Source of the DNA: an uncultured Candidatus Binatia bacterium
GTDB taxonomy: Bacteria > Desulfobacterota > Binatia > UBA9968 > JAJDTQ01
DNA: 64,000 nt
Direction of reading: 5' to 3'
Assembly: GCA_965213675.1 (NCBI GenBank)
Contig: OZ243916.1
Coordinates: forward strand, 2,720,001 to 2,784,000
How positions within the stretch are numbered: the stretch's first letter is position 1; every line of letters begins with the position of its first letter. Below are positions 38,807-48,480 of this stretch, piece by piece. Made by a program: the position numbers and the translations under genes. The notes under the pieces are model-generated. The model was not told the origin of the DNA. It saw only the letters and a program-made list of their open reading frames with translations, and made no database searches.

Positions 38807-40009
38807 TCAGCGCTTGCGCTTGCGCCGGGAACTGGAACTGGTTGCGCTGTTCGCCCGAGGGGCGTGCAGCACGTCCTGGACCGCGTTGCGCACGAGTCCC
38901 GCCTGCCAGCGCAACAAGCCCGCGCACGCCATAATCTCCTCCTCGGTTCGGGGCCGCGTCCGGGCGATGCTTTCAAGGGCGGCCTTGGGCGCCAGGGTCC
39001 ACGGCATGATCCCCAACTCGGCCGCGATCCGGGCACACTCGGTGCGCAACGCATCGAGTTCGTCGTCGTTGAAAGACGGCAAATCGGAGGGAGCCGTGCG
39101 CCGGAGTTCCGGCCACTCGCTCTCCGCCATGGCCGCGGCCCGATCAAGCGCATGCCCAAGCGCCCGGCGGCGCGACCCGACGATATCACGCGGCAGTTTG
39201 GGACCCTGGTCCAGGGGCGCGCCCGGTTGCGAGTCGGCCCATTCCACCAATTCGAGTATCCGGTGATTCTGAAGCACCTTGAAGGGCGGCCGGTTGACGC
39301 GCCGCGCCAACGTGTCGCGCCAACGCCAGATCTCTCGCAGGCAGGCCAGTTGGCGCCGCGACAGGCGCCCCGCCCCCTTGATGCGCCAAACGTCCTCCGG
39401 GTCACGCGCCCGGTCGCAGCCCGTGGCCGCCACCATCGCGCGGCAACTCTCCTGATGCCACGCCACCCGCCCCCACTGAAGCAACTCCCCGTGCAACCGC
39501 TCGGCAAGGGCCTCCAGGTAGCGCGTATCGTTGACCGCGTAGCGCAACTGCTTTTCGCTGAGGGGCCGGCGCGACCAGTCCGATTTCTGCGAATCCTTGA
39601 CGAGCGCGACATCCAGAAGCTGCTGGACCAAGGATGCCAGCCCGATTTGTTCAATGCCAAGAAGCTGCGCGGCGATCATGGTGTCGAAGACTTCGCCGCG
39701 GGGCCTGAAGCCCTTCCACGCGCGCAGCAGCCGCAAGTCGTAGTCGCCACCATGTACGATCAGCCGCTTGTCCGCCAGAATTTCCACCAGACCGGTCAAG
39801 TCCAACCCGGACAGAGGATCGACCACGAAATGCGCATCCGCGACGGAGAGCTGCATCAGGCAGACCTTCTCCGCGTAGTTGTGCAGGCTGTCGGCCTCGG
39901 TATCCAGCGCCACCGCCTCCGCCGCTCGGAGGGACGGAATCAGACGCTCCAACCCAGCGAGGTCATGAACGTAGACGAAGTCCGGATAGTCTTCCCTTTC
40001 GAACACCAC
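38807..40009 (-). CDS. rnd: ribonuclease D (3'-5' exonuclease + HRDC)
   Basis: ALDTEAD, HGGDYD, FDTMIAA, DWSRRPL..QLRYA..D, WRD..AR HRDC. Confidence 0.9.
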   Translation of the reverse strand: MVFEREDYPDFVYVHDLAGLERLIPSLRAAEAVALDTEADSLHNYAEKVCLMQLSVADAHFVVDPLSGLDLTGLVEILADKRLIVHGGDYDLRLLRAWKGFRPRGEVFDTMIAAQLLGIEQIGLASLVQQLLDVALVKDSQKSDWSRRPLSEKQLRYAVNDTRYLEALAERLHGELLQWGRVAWHQESCRAMVAATGCDRARDPEDVWRIKGAGRLSRRQLACLREIWRWRDTLARRVNRPPFKVLQNHRILELVEWADSQPGAPLDQGPKLPRDIVGSRRRALGHALDRAAAMAESEWPELRRTAPSDLPSFNDDELDALRTECARIAAELGIMPWTLAPKAALESIARTRPRTEEEIMACAGLLRWQAGLVRNAVQDVLHAPRANSATSSSSRRKRKR

Positions 40010-40160
40010 TTTTCCCCAGTCCTCCTCGATTGGCCCAAGCCGATTTAATCGGATTCTGCTGGAATATGTCCCCTTTATCTACTGTATTGGCAATCGCGAT
40101 TTCCATGATGGGAGGAACGCCCGCCGGGAGGAGATCGACCAGAAGTGACCCCAGGCGCCG

Positions 40161-40412
40161 GTGCAGGATTTCGCCGACCACATCGACTACGCGGTCGGCC
40201 TGGCAGGCATGGACCACGCCGGCAGCGCGTCGGACTTCAACGGCCGCGGCATCGACGGATGGGACAACGCGCGCGACACCCTCAACTTCACCATCGAACG
40301 GGTGCGGCGGGGCTGCGGCGCAGATCAGATCGCCCGGCTGGGGGGCGGCAATCCGCTGCGGGTGATGACAGCCGTGGAGGCGTCACCGCGAAACCGAACC
40401 GACCCGTCATAG
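40161..40412 (+). pseudogene. C-terminal remnant of membrane dipeptidase (M19)
   Basis: DHIDYAV..AG.DH.G..SDF.G...GGN.LRV; N-terminal part absent. Confidence 0.75.
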
Positions 40413-40451
40413 ACGCGCTGGACGCGCTTGGCGACCGGCCCGCGGCACGGC

Positions 40452-41057
40452 TTACCCGTCCGAACTTCGCCGCCGCAGTTCGAAGCGCGACTCTTCTCCG
40501 TCCATCAGGCGGCGGATGTTGCCCCGGTGGCGCAGCATCACCAGGACTGCGATGATGAAGGTCATCCAGACCGTTTCCTCGGGACAGGACAACCCCCACG
40601 CCACCACTGGGGCGGCTATCGCGGCGGCCATGGAGGCGAGGGAGACGCGCCGGTCCGCCAGGACCACCGCCAGAAAAACGCCCAGTACGACGAGGAGGCC
40701 CACGGGCATGGCGGCCAGGTAGACGCCCGCGGCCGTGGCGACGCCCTTGCCACCCTTGAACCTCAGGAACAAGGGATAGAGATGGCCGGCGAAGGCGGCC
40801 AGACCGGCGGATGCGGCCACGGCCGCGCCGAGGTCCAGCAAGTACGCCGCCAGCACCGGCAGGAATCCCTTGGCGACGTCCGCCAACAGTGTGACCGCGC
40901 CCTTTTTCCAGCCCAACGTCCGCGCCACATTGGTGGCGCCGATGTTGCCGCTGCCGGCGCCGCGCACATCCACGCCCGAGGACGATCCCACCAGGAAGCC
41001 CGCGGGAATCGATCCCAGGAGATAGGACAGTATCGTCAGGATGATCGGGGCCATCAT
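40452..41057 (-). CDS. plsY: glycerol-3-phosphate acyltransferase
   Basis: YLLGSIP, GSGNIGATNV.R, GH.YP, FKGGKGVAT, RHRGNI.RL. Confidence 0.95.
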   Translation of the reverse strand: MMAPIILTILSYLLGSIPAGFLVGSSSGVDVRGAGSGNIGATNVARTLGWKKGAVTLLADVAKGFLPVLAAYLLDLGAAVAASAGLAAFAGHLYPLFLRFKGGKGVATAAGVYLAAMPVGLLVVLGVFLAVVLADRRVSLASMAAAIAAPVVAWGLSCPEETVWMTFIIAVLVMLRHRGNIRRLMDGEESRFELRRRSSDG

Positions 41058-41122
41058 GGCATCGAAACGGCCGCCAGTCTGAACTTCCTCGGCCTCCGGC
41101 CGGCGCGGTTCTCCTTGCGGAC

Positions 41123-41155
41123 AAAAAAGGGGAGGAAGCCCAACGCCTCCTCCCC
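41123..41155 (-). terminator. intrinsic terminator after the cupin gene
   Basis: GGGGAGGA..TCCTCCCC stem followed by T6 on the minus strand. Confidence 0.75.
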
Positions 41156-41175
41156 CGGATCCGAAGGCCTTGAGC

Positions 41176-42273
41176 CTATGCCGCGGGCTTCACGTACACA
41201 CCGGGATCCATTCGCGACGCGGCTCCCAGCCCGGTCATGTCGGACTCGAACATCTCGCGGATGTACGCCGGCTGGTCATAGTACTCGATCTGGTTGCCGC
41301 CGGACTTCACGTCCTTGTCCACCTTGGAGATGTCGCCGTAGCCCTCGCCCATGCTGTGCTTGATGCCGCCGAAACGCAACGGCAGGTAGCGCGCGCCGGT
41401 GGGGCCAAGGTTGAAGTGCTGGTGAAACATCATCTCCGGCGGCACGAACACGCTGCCGTCCTGCCAGTCGTAGCGCTTGGGCTCCTCGCCTTCCCACCAG
41501 AAGAGCGAAAAGCCCTGTCCCTTGATGATGATGACGTTGAATCCGGGGCCGTGGCGGTGCGCCTTCTTGTAGGTCCCCACGGGAAACTCGGAGATGTGCG
41601 CCGCCATGGTGCCGTCGCACATTTCCAGAAACACGTTCTTGCCGCCCGCGCCGCGTTCCTTCCACTCCTGCAGGTTGAAGGTGCGCGTATCGGCGATGAA
41701 GTTGGTCTCCCAGATGCGCCCGGGATGCTGCGTGCCCTTGCTGGAGAAAAAGTCCGGCCGCCCGTCGAAGCGGTCGACGAAGTCGTACGGCGTGTTGAAG
41801 ATGAACTCCTCGTTGTGGAACAGGCTGAAGACGATGGGCATGTTGTTGACCGAAAACAGCCGCGCCGGCTTGTCGCCCTGGCCGTTGAAGTGCTGGTGAT
41901 GCACGTTCAACGGCACCGAGATGAGGCTCCCCTCCTGCCACTCGAAGGTCTGCTTGGCGCCGTTGTCGTTCCAGATGGTGGTGGCGCCGCGGCCCTGCAC
42001 CACCAGAATCAGCTCCTCGTAGAGGTGGCGCATGGGGTTCAGGCTCTTGCCCGGGGCGATTTCGACGACGTACGCGCCGGTGGCGTCACCCGCGCCCTCC
42101 ATATTGAAGAGGGTTCCGTCACCGCCCATGCGGTCCCACCACTTGAGCGGCACTTCCTTCAGATCCTTGATGAAGAAAGTGTCGACAACGTCGACCCCCT
42201 CGCCCTTCTGCCACTTGTAGAAGAAGGGGATGTTGTCCATCGTGTTCTCGATCTCTTGCGCCGGCTTGGCCAT
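41176..42273 (-). CDS. bicupin domain protein
   Basis: RHLYEE...G.G, HQHFN twice, KAHRHGPG. Confidence 0.85.
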   Translation of the reverse strand: MAKPAQEIENTMDNIPFFYKWQKGEGVDVVDTFFIKDLKEVPLKWWDRMGGDGTLFNMEGAGDATGAYVVEIAPGKSLNPMRHLYEELILVVQGRGATTIWNDNGAKQTFEWQEGSLISVPLNVHHQHFNGQGDKPARLFSVNNMPIVFSLFHNEEFIFNTPYDFVDRFDGRPDFFSSKGTQHPGRIWETNFIADTRTFNLQEWKERGAGGKNVFLEMCDGTMAAHISEFPVGTYKKAHRHGPGFNVIIIKGQGFSLFWWEGEEPKRYDWQDGSVFVPPEMMFHQHFNLGPTGARYLPLRFGGIKHSMGEGYGDISKVDKDVKSGGNQIEYYDQPAYIREMFESDMTGLGAASRMDPGVYVKPAA

Positions 42274-42405
42274 GTGTTCCTCCGAATTTCACGATAAATT
42301 CAAGGGACAGGTCTTACATGACGCGTTTTCAAAATACAAGAACCGCCGCGGCGCGATGACGTGTGCCCAATCCCCCGGTCACGCAGTATCTTGACCTGCA
42401 AGAAA

Positions 42406-42429
42406 TACTAATTCATTTATGAATTAGTA
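42406..42429. promoter_or_regulatory. AT-rich palindrome TACTAATT-N8-AATTAGTA upstream of fic
   Basis: perfect 11-bp IR TACTAATTCAT-tt-ATGAATTAGTA, downstream of TTGACC at 42391. Confidence 0.75.
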
Positions 42430-42430
42430 A

Positions 42431-43789
42431 ATGCCCGGTGAAACGATGAAGATCCCACAAACCCCGCCCAGCCTCACGGAGATACTCGCGAACCTGAAGG
42501 AGCCCGACCAGATCAGGCGGATGACCGAGATACTCGCAGGCCAAGGAATCAGCCCCTCACAGGGGAAGAAGTACCGGCATTGGGAAAGCCTCCGTCGCGT
42601 CCAGGCGCCGACCGGACTCTCATCCGAAGAATGGTGGGCGGCCGTGAAATTTGCCCGCCGCCAGGCACGCAGGACCATTCCTCTAAAGGACAAGGACGGG
42701 AACTCCTTCGCCTACTGCCTCGCGGACCCCGTGCTCGAAGCCCTGTACGAAATCGACCGGAACGTAAGCGGGAGAATCACGACAACCGACCAGCTCCTGA
42801 ATCCACAAACCAGGGACCGTTATGTCATGAGTTCCCTGATCGAGGAGGCCATCACTTCGAGCCAACTCGAAGGGGCCTCCACAACGCGCGACGCGGCAAA
42901 GCAAATGATTCGCTCCGGCCGAAAGCCCAAGAATCGCAGCGAGAGGATGATCCTCAACAACTACCGGGCGATCCAACGGGTCAAGGAACTCACCGCCCAG
43001 CCCCTCACCCCTGAGATCGTGTTCACGATCCACGAGACGCTGATCGACGGAACCCTTGCGGAAGACCAGACCGGCAACCATCTGCGGAAACCCGGTGACG
43101 GTGTCGCCGTCTATCACGACGGGGATGGAACCCTGCTCCATACTCCCCCGCCCGCGCGAGACATCGCCTGTCGCATGGCCGCCATGTGTGAGTTCGCGAA
43201 CGAGAGGCAGACGGACACCTTTCTGCATCCGATCGTGAAGGCGATCATCCTCCATTTCTGGCTTGCCTACGACCATCCGTTCGTCGACGGCAACGGCAGG
43301 ACCGCCAGAGCATTGTTCTATTGGTCCGCACTCTCACAGGATTTCTGGATGTTCGAGTTTCTTTCGATTTCCGCCGTCATTCGGAGATCGCCCACCCGGT
43401 ATGCCAAGTCTTTCCTCTACACCGAGACCGACGAGAACGACCTGACCTACTTTCTCCTGGCTCAGCTTCTAGTCATCCGGCAGGCCATCAAGGCCTTGTA
43501 CACATACCTCGACAAGAAAGCCCTGGAGATACAGAGCATCGAGAAGATTCTTCAATCCCACACCTCGATCAACCACCGACAACTGGCGCTACTCGGGCAT
43601 GCCCTGCGCCACCCGGGGGCGCGCTACACGATAGACACACACAAAAAGACCCACAGAGTCACATACCAGACGGCTCGGACCGACCTTCTCGATCTTGCCT
43701 CGCGGAACCTGCTCGTCAGGACGAAAACCGGGCAGTATTTCACCTTCACCGCGCCCGCTGACTTGGTGAAGCGGCTGAAGGTCCCGTGA
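42431..43789 (+). CDS. Fic family protein with probable C-terminal wHTH
   Basis: SSQLEG inhibitory motif, HPFVDGNGRTAR Fic motif, C-terminal TYQTARTDLLDL. Confidence 0.92.
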   Translation: MPGETMKIPQTPPSLTEILANLKEPDQIRRMTEILAGQGISPSQGKKYRHWESLRRVQAPTGLSSEEWWAAVKFARRQARRTIPLKDKDGNSFAYCLADPVLEALYEIDRNVSGRITTTDQLLNPQTRDRYVMSSLIEEAITSSQLEGASTTRDAAKQMIRSGRKPKNRSERMILNNYRAIQRVKELTAQPLTPEIVFTIHETLIDGTLAEDQTGNHLRKPGDGVAVYHDGDGTLLHTPPPARDIACRMAAMCEFANERQTDTFLHPIVKAIILHFWLAYDHPFVDGNGRTARALFYWSALSQDFWMFEFLSISAVIRRSPTRYAKSFLYTETDENDLTYFLLAQLLVIRQAIKALYTYLDKKALEIQSIEKILQSHTSINHRQLALLGHALRHPGARYTIDTHKKTHRVTYQTARTDLLDLASRNLLVRTKTGQYFTFTAPADLVKRLKVP

Positions 43790-43824
43790 TCAATTACTAA
43801 TTTATAAACAAATTAGTAATTGAT
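43789..43824. promoter_or_regulatory. second TACTAATT-N8-AATTAGTA palindrome immediately after the fic stop
   Basis: perfect 15-bp IR ATCAATTACTAATTT-ataaac-AAATTAGTAATTGAT. Confidence 0.75.
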
Positions 43825-43862
43825 GGGTATTTTGTGGGGCATACTGTCCGACACACCCTTGT

Positions 43863-43892
43863 TTGACACCCTGGATCACGCTTCCCTATAGT
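43863..43892 (+). promoter_or_regulatory. sigma70 promoter of the M24/ThrC/LLM operon
   Basis: TTGACA-18 nt-TATAGT. Confidence 0.55.
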
Positions 43893-43939
43893 CAGTCCTT
43901 CCGCTGCATCGCTGCATTCCAACTCCAGGGAGAACTCCA

Positions 43940-45127
43940 ATGTGGATCAACGAACCGCGGGCCAGGCGCGTGCTGGCCGCGCACGGTCTCGACGGCCTGA
44001 TGGCCGCCACCAACATTCCCAACGTCTTCTACCTGAGCGGCGTGTGGCGCCGGCAGGACATTGCCGCCGTCGTCACCCGGGACGCGGTGACGGCGCCCTG
44101 GATCGTGATTCCCCGGGGCGAGGTGGACTACATGGTGGACACGGTGCCGCCCGCGGGGGTGGTCACTTACGGCACCTTCTTCCGCGTGATGGAGGACAAC
44201 GGGCCGCTGACGCCGCGCGAGCAGCGCATCCGCGAACTGGGCATCGACCCGGAGCCCGTGACGAACTTCTTCGAGGGCCTCGTCCGCACGCTGGAGAACG
44301 CGGGCCTCGACCAGAGCCGGCTGGGCTACGACGAACGGGGCCTGGATCCGGCGCTGGCGGAGCGGCTCCGCGAACGGTTCCCGCATCTGGAGCTGGTGCC
44401 CGCCATGGGGGTGTTCCGCGAGATCCGCATGGTCAAGAGCCCGGCCGAGATCGAGCGCATGAGCGAGGCCGTGCGCGTCACCGAGGAGTCCATCTACGAG
44501 GCGGCACACGAAGCGCGCGAAGGCATGACCGAAGCGGAGATGTGCCTGGCCTTCGACCTGGGCCAGGTGCGGCGCGGGGCCGCGCCCAACATGAACCACG
44601 TGGGCTTCGGCCGGAGCGCCGCCCTGGGCATGACCAACGTGCCGGAAGACACGCTCAAGGTCGGCGACATGATCCGGTTCGACGTGGGATGCCTCTACAA
44701 AGGCTACCTCACCGACATGTCGCGGACCTTTTCGTTCGGCCCGCCAGAGGATAAATTCTCCAGTTATTACAACGCCATACTCAAAGGCCAAGATCTGGCC
44801 CTCGGCCTCATCAAGCCGGGCAGGATCGCCTCGGAGATCTTCAACGACACGGTGGCGGAAGTCCGTGAATCCGGCATCCCGCACTACGGCCGCCAACACG
44901 TGGGCCACGGCATCGGCCTGGGCCTCGGCGGTTACGACCGGCCCACCATCGCCCCCAGCGACGACACGCCGCTGGAGGCCGACATGGTGCTGTGCATCGA
45001 GACCCCCTACTACGAGATGGGTTGGGGCAGCGTTCAGGTGGAAGACATGATCGTGGTCACCGAGGACGGCTACCGGCGGCTCACCTCGTCGCCGCGGCAC
45101 CTCCAGGTGCTGGAACCGCGTACCTGA
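43940..45127 (+). CDS. M24 (Xaa-Pro peptidase-like) family protein
   Basis: R.VKS..EI, D.G...GY.TD..RT, GHGIGL, IETP, EDMIVVT. Confidence 0.9.
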   Translation: MWINEPRARRVLAAHGLDGLMAATNIPNVFYLSGVWRRQDIAAVVTRDAVTAPWIVIPRGEVDYMVDTVPPAGVVTYGTFFRVMEDNGPLTPREQRIRELGIDPEPVTNFFEGLVRTLENAGLDQSRLGYDERGLDPALAERLRERFPHLELVPAMGVFREIRMVKSPAEIERMSEAVRVTEESIYEAAHEAREGMTEAEMCLAFDLGQVRRGAAPNMNHVGFGRSAALGMTNVPEDTLKVGDMIRFDVGCLYKGYLTDMSRTFSFGPPEDKFSSYYNAILKGQDLALGLIKPGRIASEIFNDTVAEVRESGIPHYGRQHVGHGIGLGLGGYDRPTIAPSDDTPLEADMVLCIETPYYEMGWGSVQVEDMIVVTEDGYRRLTSSPRHLQVLEPRT

Positions 45128-45149
45128 ACGTCGAGCGATCCAGATCCAT

Positions 45150-46418
45150 ATGAGCCACCTTACCGGTCTCGCTTGCATCCGATGCGGCGCGTCTTTCGGC
45201 ATCGAGCCCCGCTTCGACGGATGCCCGGAATGCCGGCGGGAGACCCCCGCCAACCTCACGCCCCGGTACGACCTGGACGCCGCCGCCCGGGAACTTTCCG
45301 TCGAGTCGCTTCGGGACCGGCCCACCGGCATGCGGCGCTACCGCGAGTTGCTGCCCCCGGACGTGCAGGATGCCGCCACCCTGGGCGAAGGGGAGACGCC
45401 GCTGCTCCCTTGTGAGCGCTACGGCCGCCGGCTCGGGCTTGAGCGGCTGTTCCTGAAAGACGAATCGCAGAACCCTTCGGGCTCCTTCAAGGACCGGCTG
45501 GCGTTCTTCGCGCTGGCCATGGCCAAGCGCTTCGGCGCCCGGGCCGTCGGCGTCAGTTCCACCGGCAACGCCGGCGCCGCGGCCGCGGCCTACGCCGCCC
45601 GCACCGGGCTGCCCTGCATCGTGCTCACCGTCCAGGGCGCGGCCTCGGCCATCGTCACCCAGATGCAGGCCTACGGCGCCATGGTGGTGGCCACCCGCAC
45701 CAAGTCCGACCGCTGGAGGCTGCTGCAGACCGGGGTGGCCGAGTGGGGCTGGTATCCGACCTCGCCCTATTTCGGCCCGCCCGTGGGCAGCAACCCCTAC
45801 GGCGTCGACGGCTACAAGACCATGGCCTACGAGGTCTGCGAGCAAATGGGCTGGGAAGCCCCCGACTGGTGCGTGCTGCCGGTGGCCTATGGCGACGCCC
45901 TGTTCGGCATGTGGAAGGGCTTCGACGAACTTGCCGCCCTGGGGTTGATCCCCAGAAAGCCGCGCATGGTCGCGGCGGAGATGGCCGGCTGCCTGGGAGC
46001 GGCCTTGGCCTCCGGCGAGGACGCCGTTCCCGAGATGGCGGCGCCGTCACCCTACGTGGCCGGCTCCATCAGCGTGAACCAGAGCACCTATCAGGCGCTG
46101 CACGCGCTGCGGGCCTCGGACGGAGCCGCGCGGGTGGCGCGAAACGACGAGTTGCTGGGCCTGCAGCGGGATCTTGCGTCGGCCGAAGGCATCTACGCCG
46201 AGCCGTCGTCCCTGGCCGCCCTTGCCGCGGTGAGACGCCTGTGCGAGGAAGGGCGCATCGGCCGGAGCGACACGGTGGTGGTGGTCAACACCGCCACCGG
46301 CCTCAAGGACACCGCCGCCACCGCGGCAGCCGCGCCTGAGATCCCCACCGTGGGCGGCGACATCGCGCGATTCCTGGTGACCCTGGAGGATGCCTACGGC
46401 TTTCGCGCGGAGGCATGA
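45150..46418 (+). CDS. threonine synthase-like PLP enzyme
   Basis: N-terminal CxxC..CxxC, LGEG.TPL, NPSGSFKDR, SSTGNAG, TATGLK. Confidence 0.88.
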   Translation: MSHLTGLACIRCGASFGIEPRFDGCPECRRETPANLTPRYDLDAAARELSVESLRDRPTGMRRYRELLPPDVQDAATLGEGETPLLPCERYGRRLGLERLFLKDESQNPSGSFKDRLAFFALAMAKRFGARAVGVSSTGNAGAAAAAYAARTGLPCIVLTVQGAASAIVTQMQAYGAMVVATRTKSDRWRLLQTGVAEWGWYPTSPYFGPPVGSNPYGVDGYKTMAYEVCEQMGWEAPDWCVLPVAYGDALFGMWKGFDELAALGLIPRKPRMVAAEMAGCLGAALASGEDAVPEMAAPSPYVAGSISVNQSTYQALHALRASDGAARVARNDELLGLQRDLASAEGIYAEPSSLAALAAVRRLCEEGRIGRSDTVVVVNTATGLKDTAATAAAAPEIPTVGGDIARFLVTLEDAYGFRAEA

Positions 46419-46435
46419 AGCCGTCATGAAACACA

Positions 46436-46535
46436 TCCGTCATTTCCGCATCTCCCTTTGTCATTCCTGCAACCCCTCCGTCATTCCCGCGAAAGCTTGC
46501 CCTCGACCCCGATCGGGGGCGGGAAACCAGGGGCG
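46436..46535. repeat. GTCATTCCCGC-family repeat with tandem degenerate units
   Basis: GTCATTTCCGC / GTCATTCCTGC / GTCATTCCCGCGAAAGCTTGCCCTCGACCCCGATCGGGGGCGGGAAACCAG. Confidence 0.8.
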
Positions 46536-46556
46536 GGGCGGAGGGCCTGACCACTC

Positions 46557-47561
46557 ATGAAATTCAGCATACAGCTCCCCACCTGCACCGAAGGGCTGGT
46601 GAACCCCGTCCCGTTCGTGGAGCCGGAAGAGTTCGTGCACATGGCGCAGGAGGCCGAACGGCTCGGATACGACGCCGTCTGGGGCAACGACCACATCAAC
46701 CCGGCGGCCTACGCGAGGCAGAAATGGCCGGAACCGCCCAACTTCTACGAGGTGCTGGTAACCTTGGCCACGGTGGGCGCCCACACCTCACGAATACGCC
46801 TGGGCACCGCCGTGCTGGTGATGCCACTACGGGACCCGGTTCTCCTGGCCAAGCAGGTCAGCACCCTGGACCGTTTCACCGGCGGTCGCGTGATCCTCGG
46901 TACGGGCATCGGCGCCTATCGCGAGGAGTTCGACGCCCAGTGGCCGCGACGCAAGGCGGAGCGGCGCGGCGACCTGCTGGACGAAAGCCTAGCGGCGCTG
47001 CAATGTCTGTTTCAGGATACCGAGGCCACCTACGACGGGCGGCATATCGCCTTCAAGGGCATCGCCATGCGCCCCAAGCCGCTGCAGGACCCGTTACCCA
47101 TCTTCGTCGGCGGCCACAACGAAGCCATGATCCGGCGGGCGGCCCGCCTCGGACAAGGGTGGCTCCCGGGCTGGCGGCCCTTCGATCAAATCGTGGAGCG
47201 CGTGGCACTGCTGCGGCGGCTGACGGAGGAAGCCGGGCGCCCTCCCCGGGACGTGGAGGCGTGCTCCCAGTTCACCCTTTGCGTCGGCAAGACCGTGGAG
47301 GCGGCGCGCGCCCGCTACCGCAAGACGGGCATGGTGCAGCACCGCGTGTCGTTGGCGCACACCGGCCGCGACCCCGCCTTGGCCGAAACCCACAACCTCA
47401 TCGGCAGCCCTGCCAGCATCCTGGAGCAGGTGGCGTTCCTGGAAAAGGCTGGTATCGACCACGTGTGCGCGCTACAGCTCCCGTCGGACACGGGAGAGGA
47501 GATGCTGGAGCAGATCCAGTGGCTGGCGGAAGAGGTGATGAAACCGTTAAACGGCGGGTAA
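46557..47561 (+). CDS. LLM-class flavin/F420-dependent oxidoreductase
   Basis: GYDAVW.NDH, IRLGTAVLV, PKPLQ, IFVGG. Confidence 0.9.
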   Translation: MKFSIQLPTCTEGLVNPVPFVEPEEFVHMAQEAERLGYDAVWGNDHINPAAYARQKWPEPPNFYEVLVTLATVGAHTSRIRLGTAVLVMPLRDPVLLAKQVSTLDRFTGGRVILGTGIGAYREEFDAQWPRRKAERRGDLLDESLAALQCLFQDTEATYDGRHIAFKGIAMRPKPLQDPLPIFVGGHNEAMIRRAARLGQGWLPGWRPFDQIVERVALLRRLTEEAGRPPRDVEACSQFTLCVGKTVEAARARYRKTGMVQHRVSLAHTGRDPALAETHNLIGSPASILEQVAFLEKAGIDHVCALQLPSDTGEEMLEQIQWLAEEVMKPLNGG

Positions 47562-47579
47562 GGGAGGAAAGGTAGCCTC

Positions 47580-48343
47580 ATGTCACAGCCCAAGACCGCG
47601 GTAGGATACCTGCTACCCACGCGTGAAATCGTGATGGCACAGGCGACGCCGGACTGCAGCCGCATCATGGAACTGGCGGAAAGCGCCGAGACCCTGGGCT
47701 TCGACTCCATCTGGGTGGGTGACAGCATCCTGGCCCGGCCGCGGCTGGAGCCGTTGACCACCCTAGCCGCGGCCGCATCCCGCACCAACCAGGTGAAGCT
47801 CGGCACCGCGGTGCTGCTCCCGGCCCTGCGCCACCCCGTGGTGCTCGCCAACGAGGTCGCTAACCTCGACCTCCTGTGCAACGGCCGGTTGATCCTGGGC
47901 CTCGGCATCGCCGGCAACAACGACCTCATCAAACGCGAGTTCGCCGGGTGCTGCAGCTCGGCGACGGCTGGTTCCCGCTGCCCAACTCCCCGGAGAGCTT
48001 CGCCCGGAACTGGGAGCGGATCGAATCTCTGGCGCAAGAGATGGGACAGGACGCCGCCCGACTCGCCCGCGCCGTCTACGTCACCGTCAACCTGAACGAC
48101 CACACCGCCCAGGCCGAGCGCGAGATGCGCGCGTTCATGGAAGGCTATTACAAGGTGTCCTACGAGACCATGGTGGCCGTGCAACCCCCATGCAACGGCC
48201 CGGCCGCCCGATGCATCGAACGGCTCCAGGCCTACGTGGAGCGGGGCGCCGGGACCATCGTCGTGCGTTTCGGCAGCCCCGACCAGACCGCCCAGCAGGA
48301 ACGCTTCGCCGCCGAAGTGCTGCCCGCACTGCGCAAGGAATGA
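47580..48343 (+). pseudogene. LLM-class oxidoreductase with internal deletion and frameshift (~47950)
   Basis: N-half GFDSIWVGD..KLGTAVLL..REFAG and C-half RRVLQLGDGWFP..FAAEVLPAL lie in different frames; the central PKP/IWIG region is missing. Confidence 0.8.
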
Positions 48344-48480
48344 CATAACTCCGTACGGTCCCTACGTGCTGGACGACCCTGGCACTGCGGAGGTTCGTTA
48401 CCGTCACCTGCGTGAGAGATGCAAGCCTTTTGCCAGGTGCAAACCGCGTGTTATGCTTCCCGGATTGGTAGCTTTGAGCT

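Noticed and set aside
38641-39660. 817-aa extended amidohydrolase
   Set aside because: The extension overlaps rnd in another frame and is Arg/Pro-rich noise.
46436-46535. CRISPR-like periodic repeats
   Set aside because: Degenerate GTCATTCC units about 20 bp apart with no unique spacers and no cas genes; they belong to the dispersed palindrome family.
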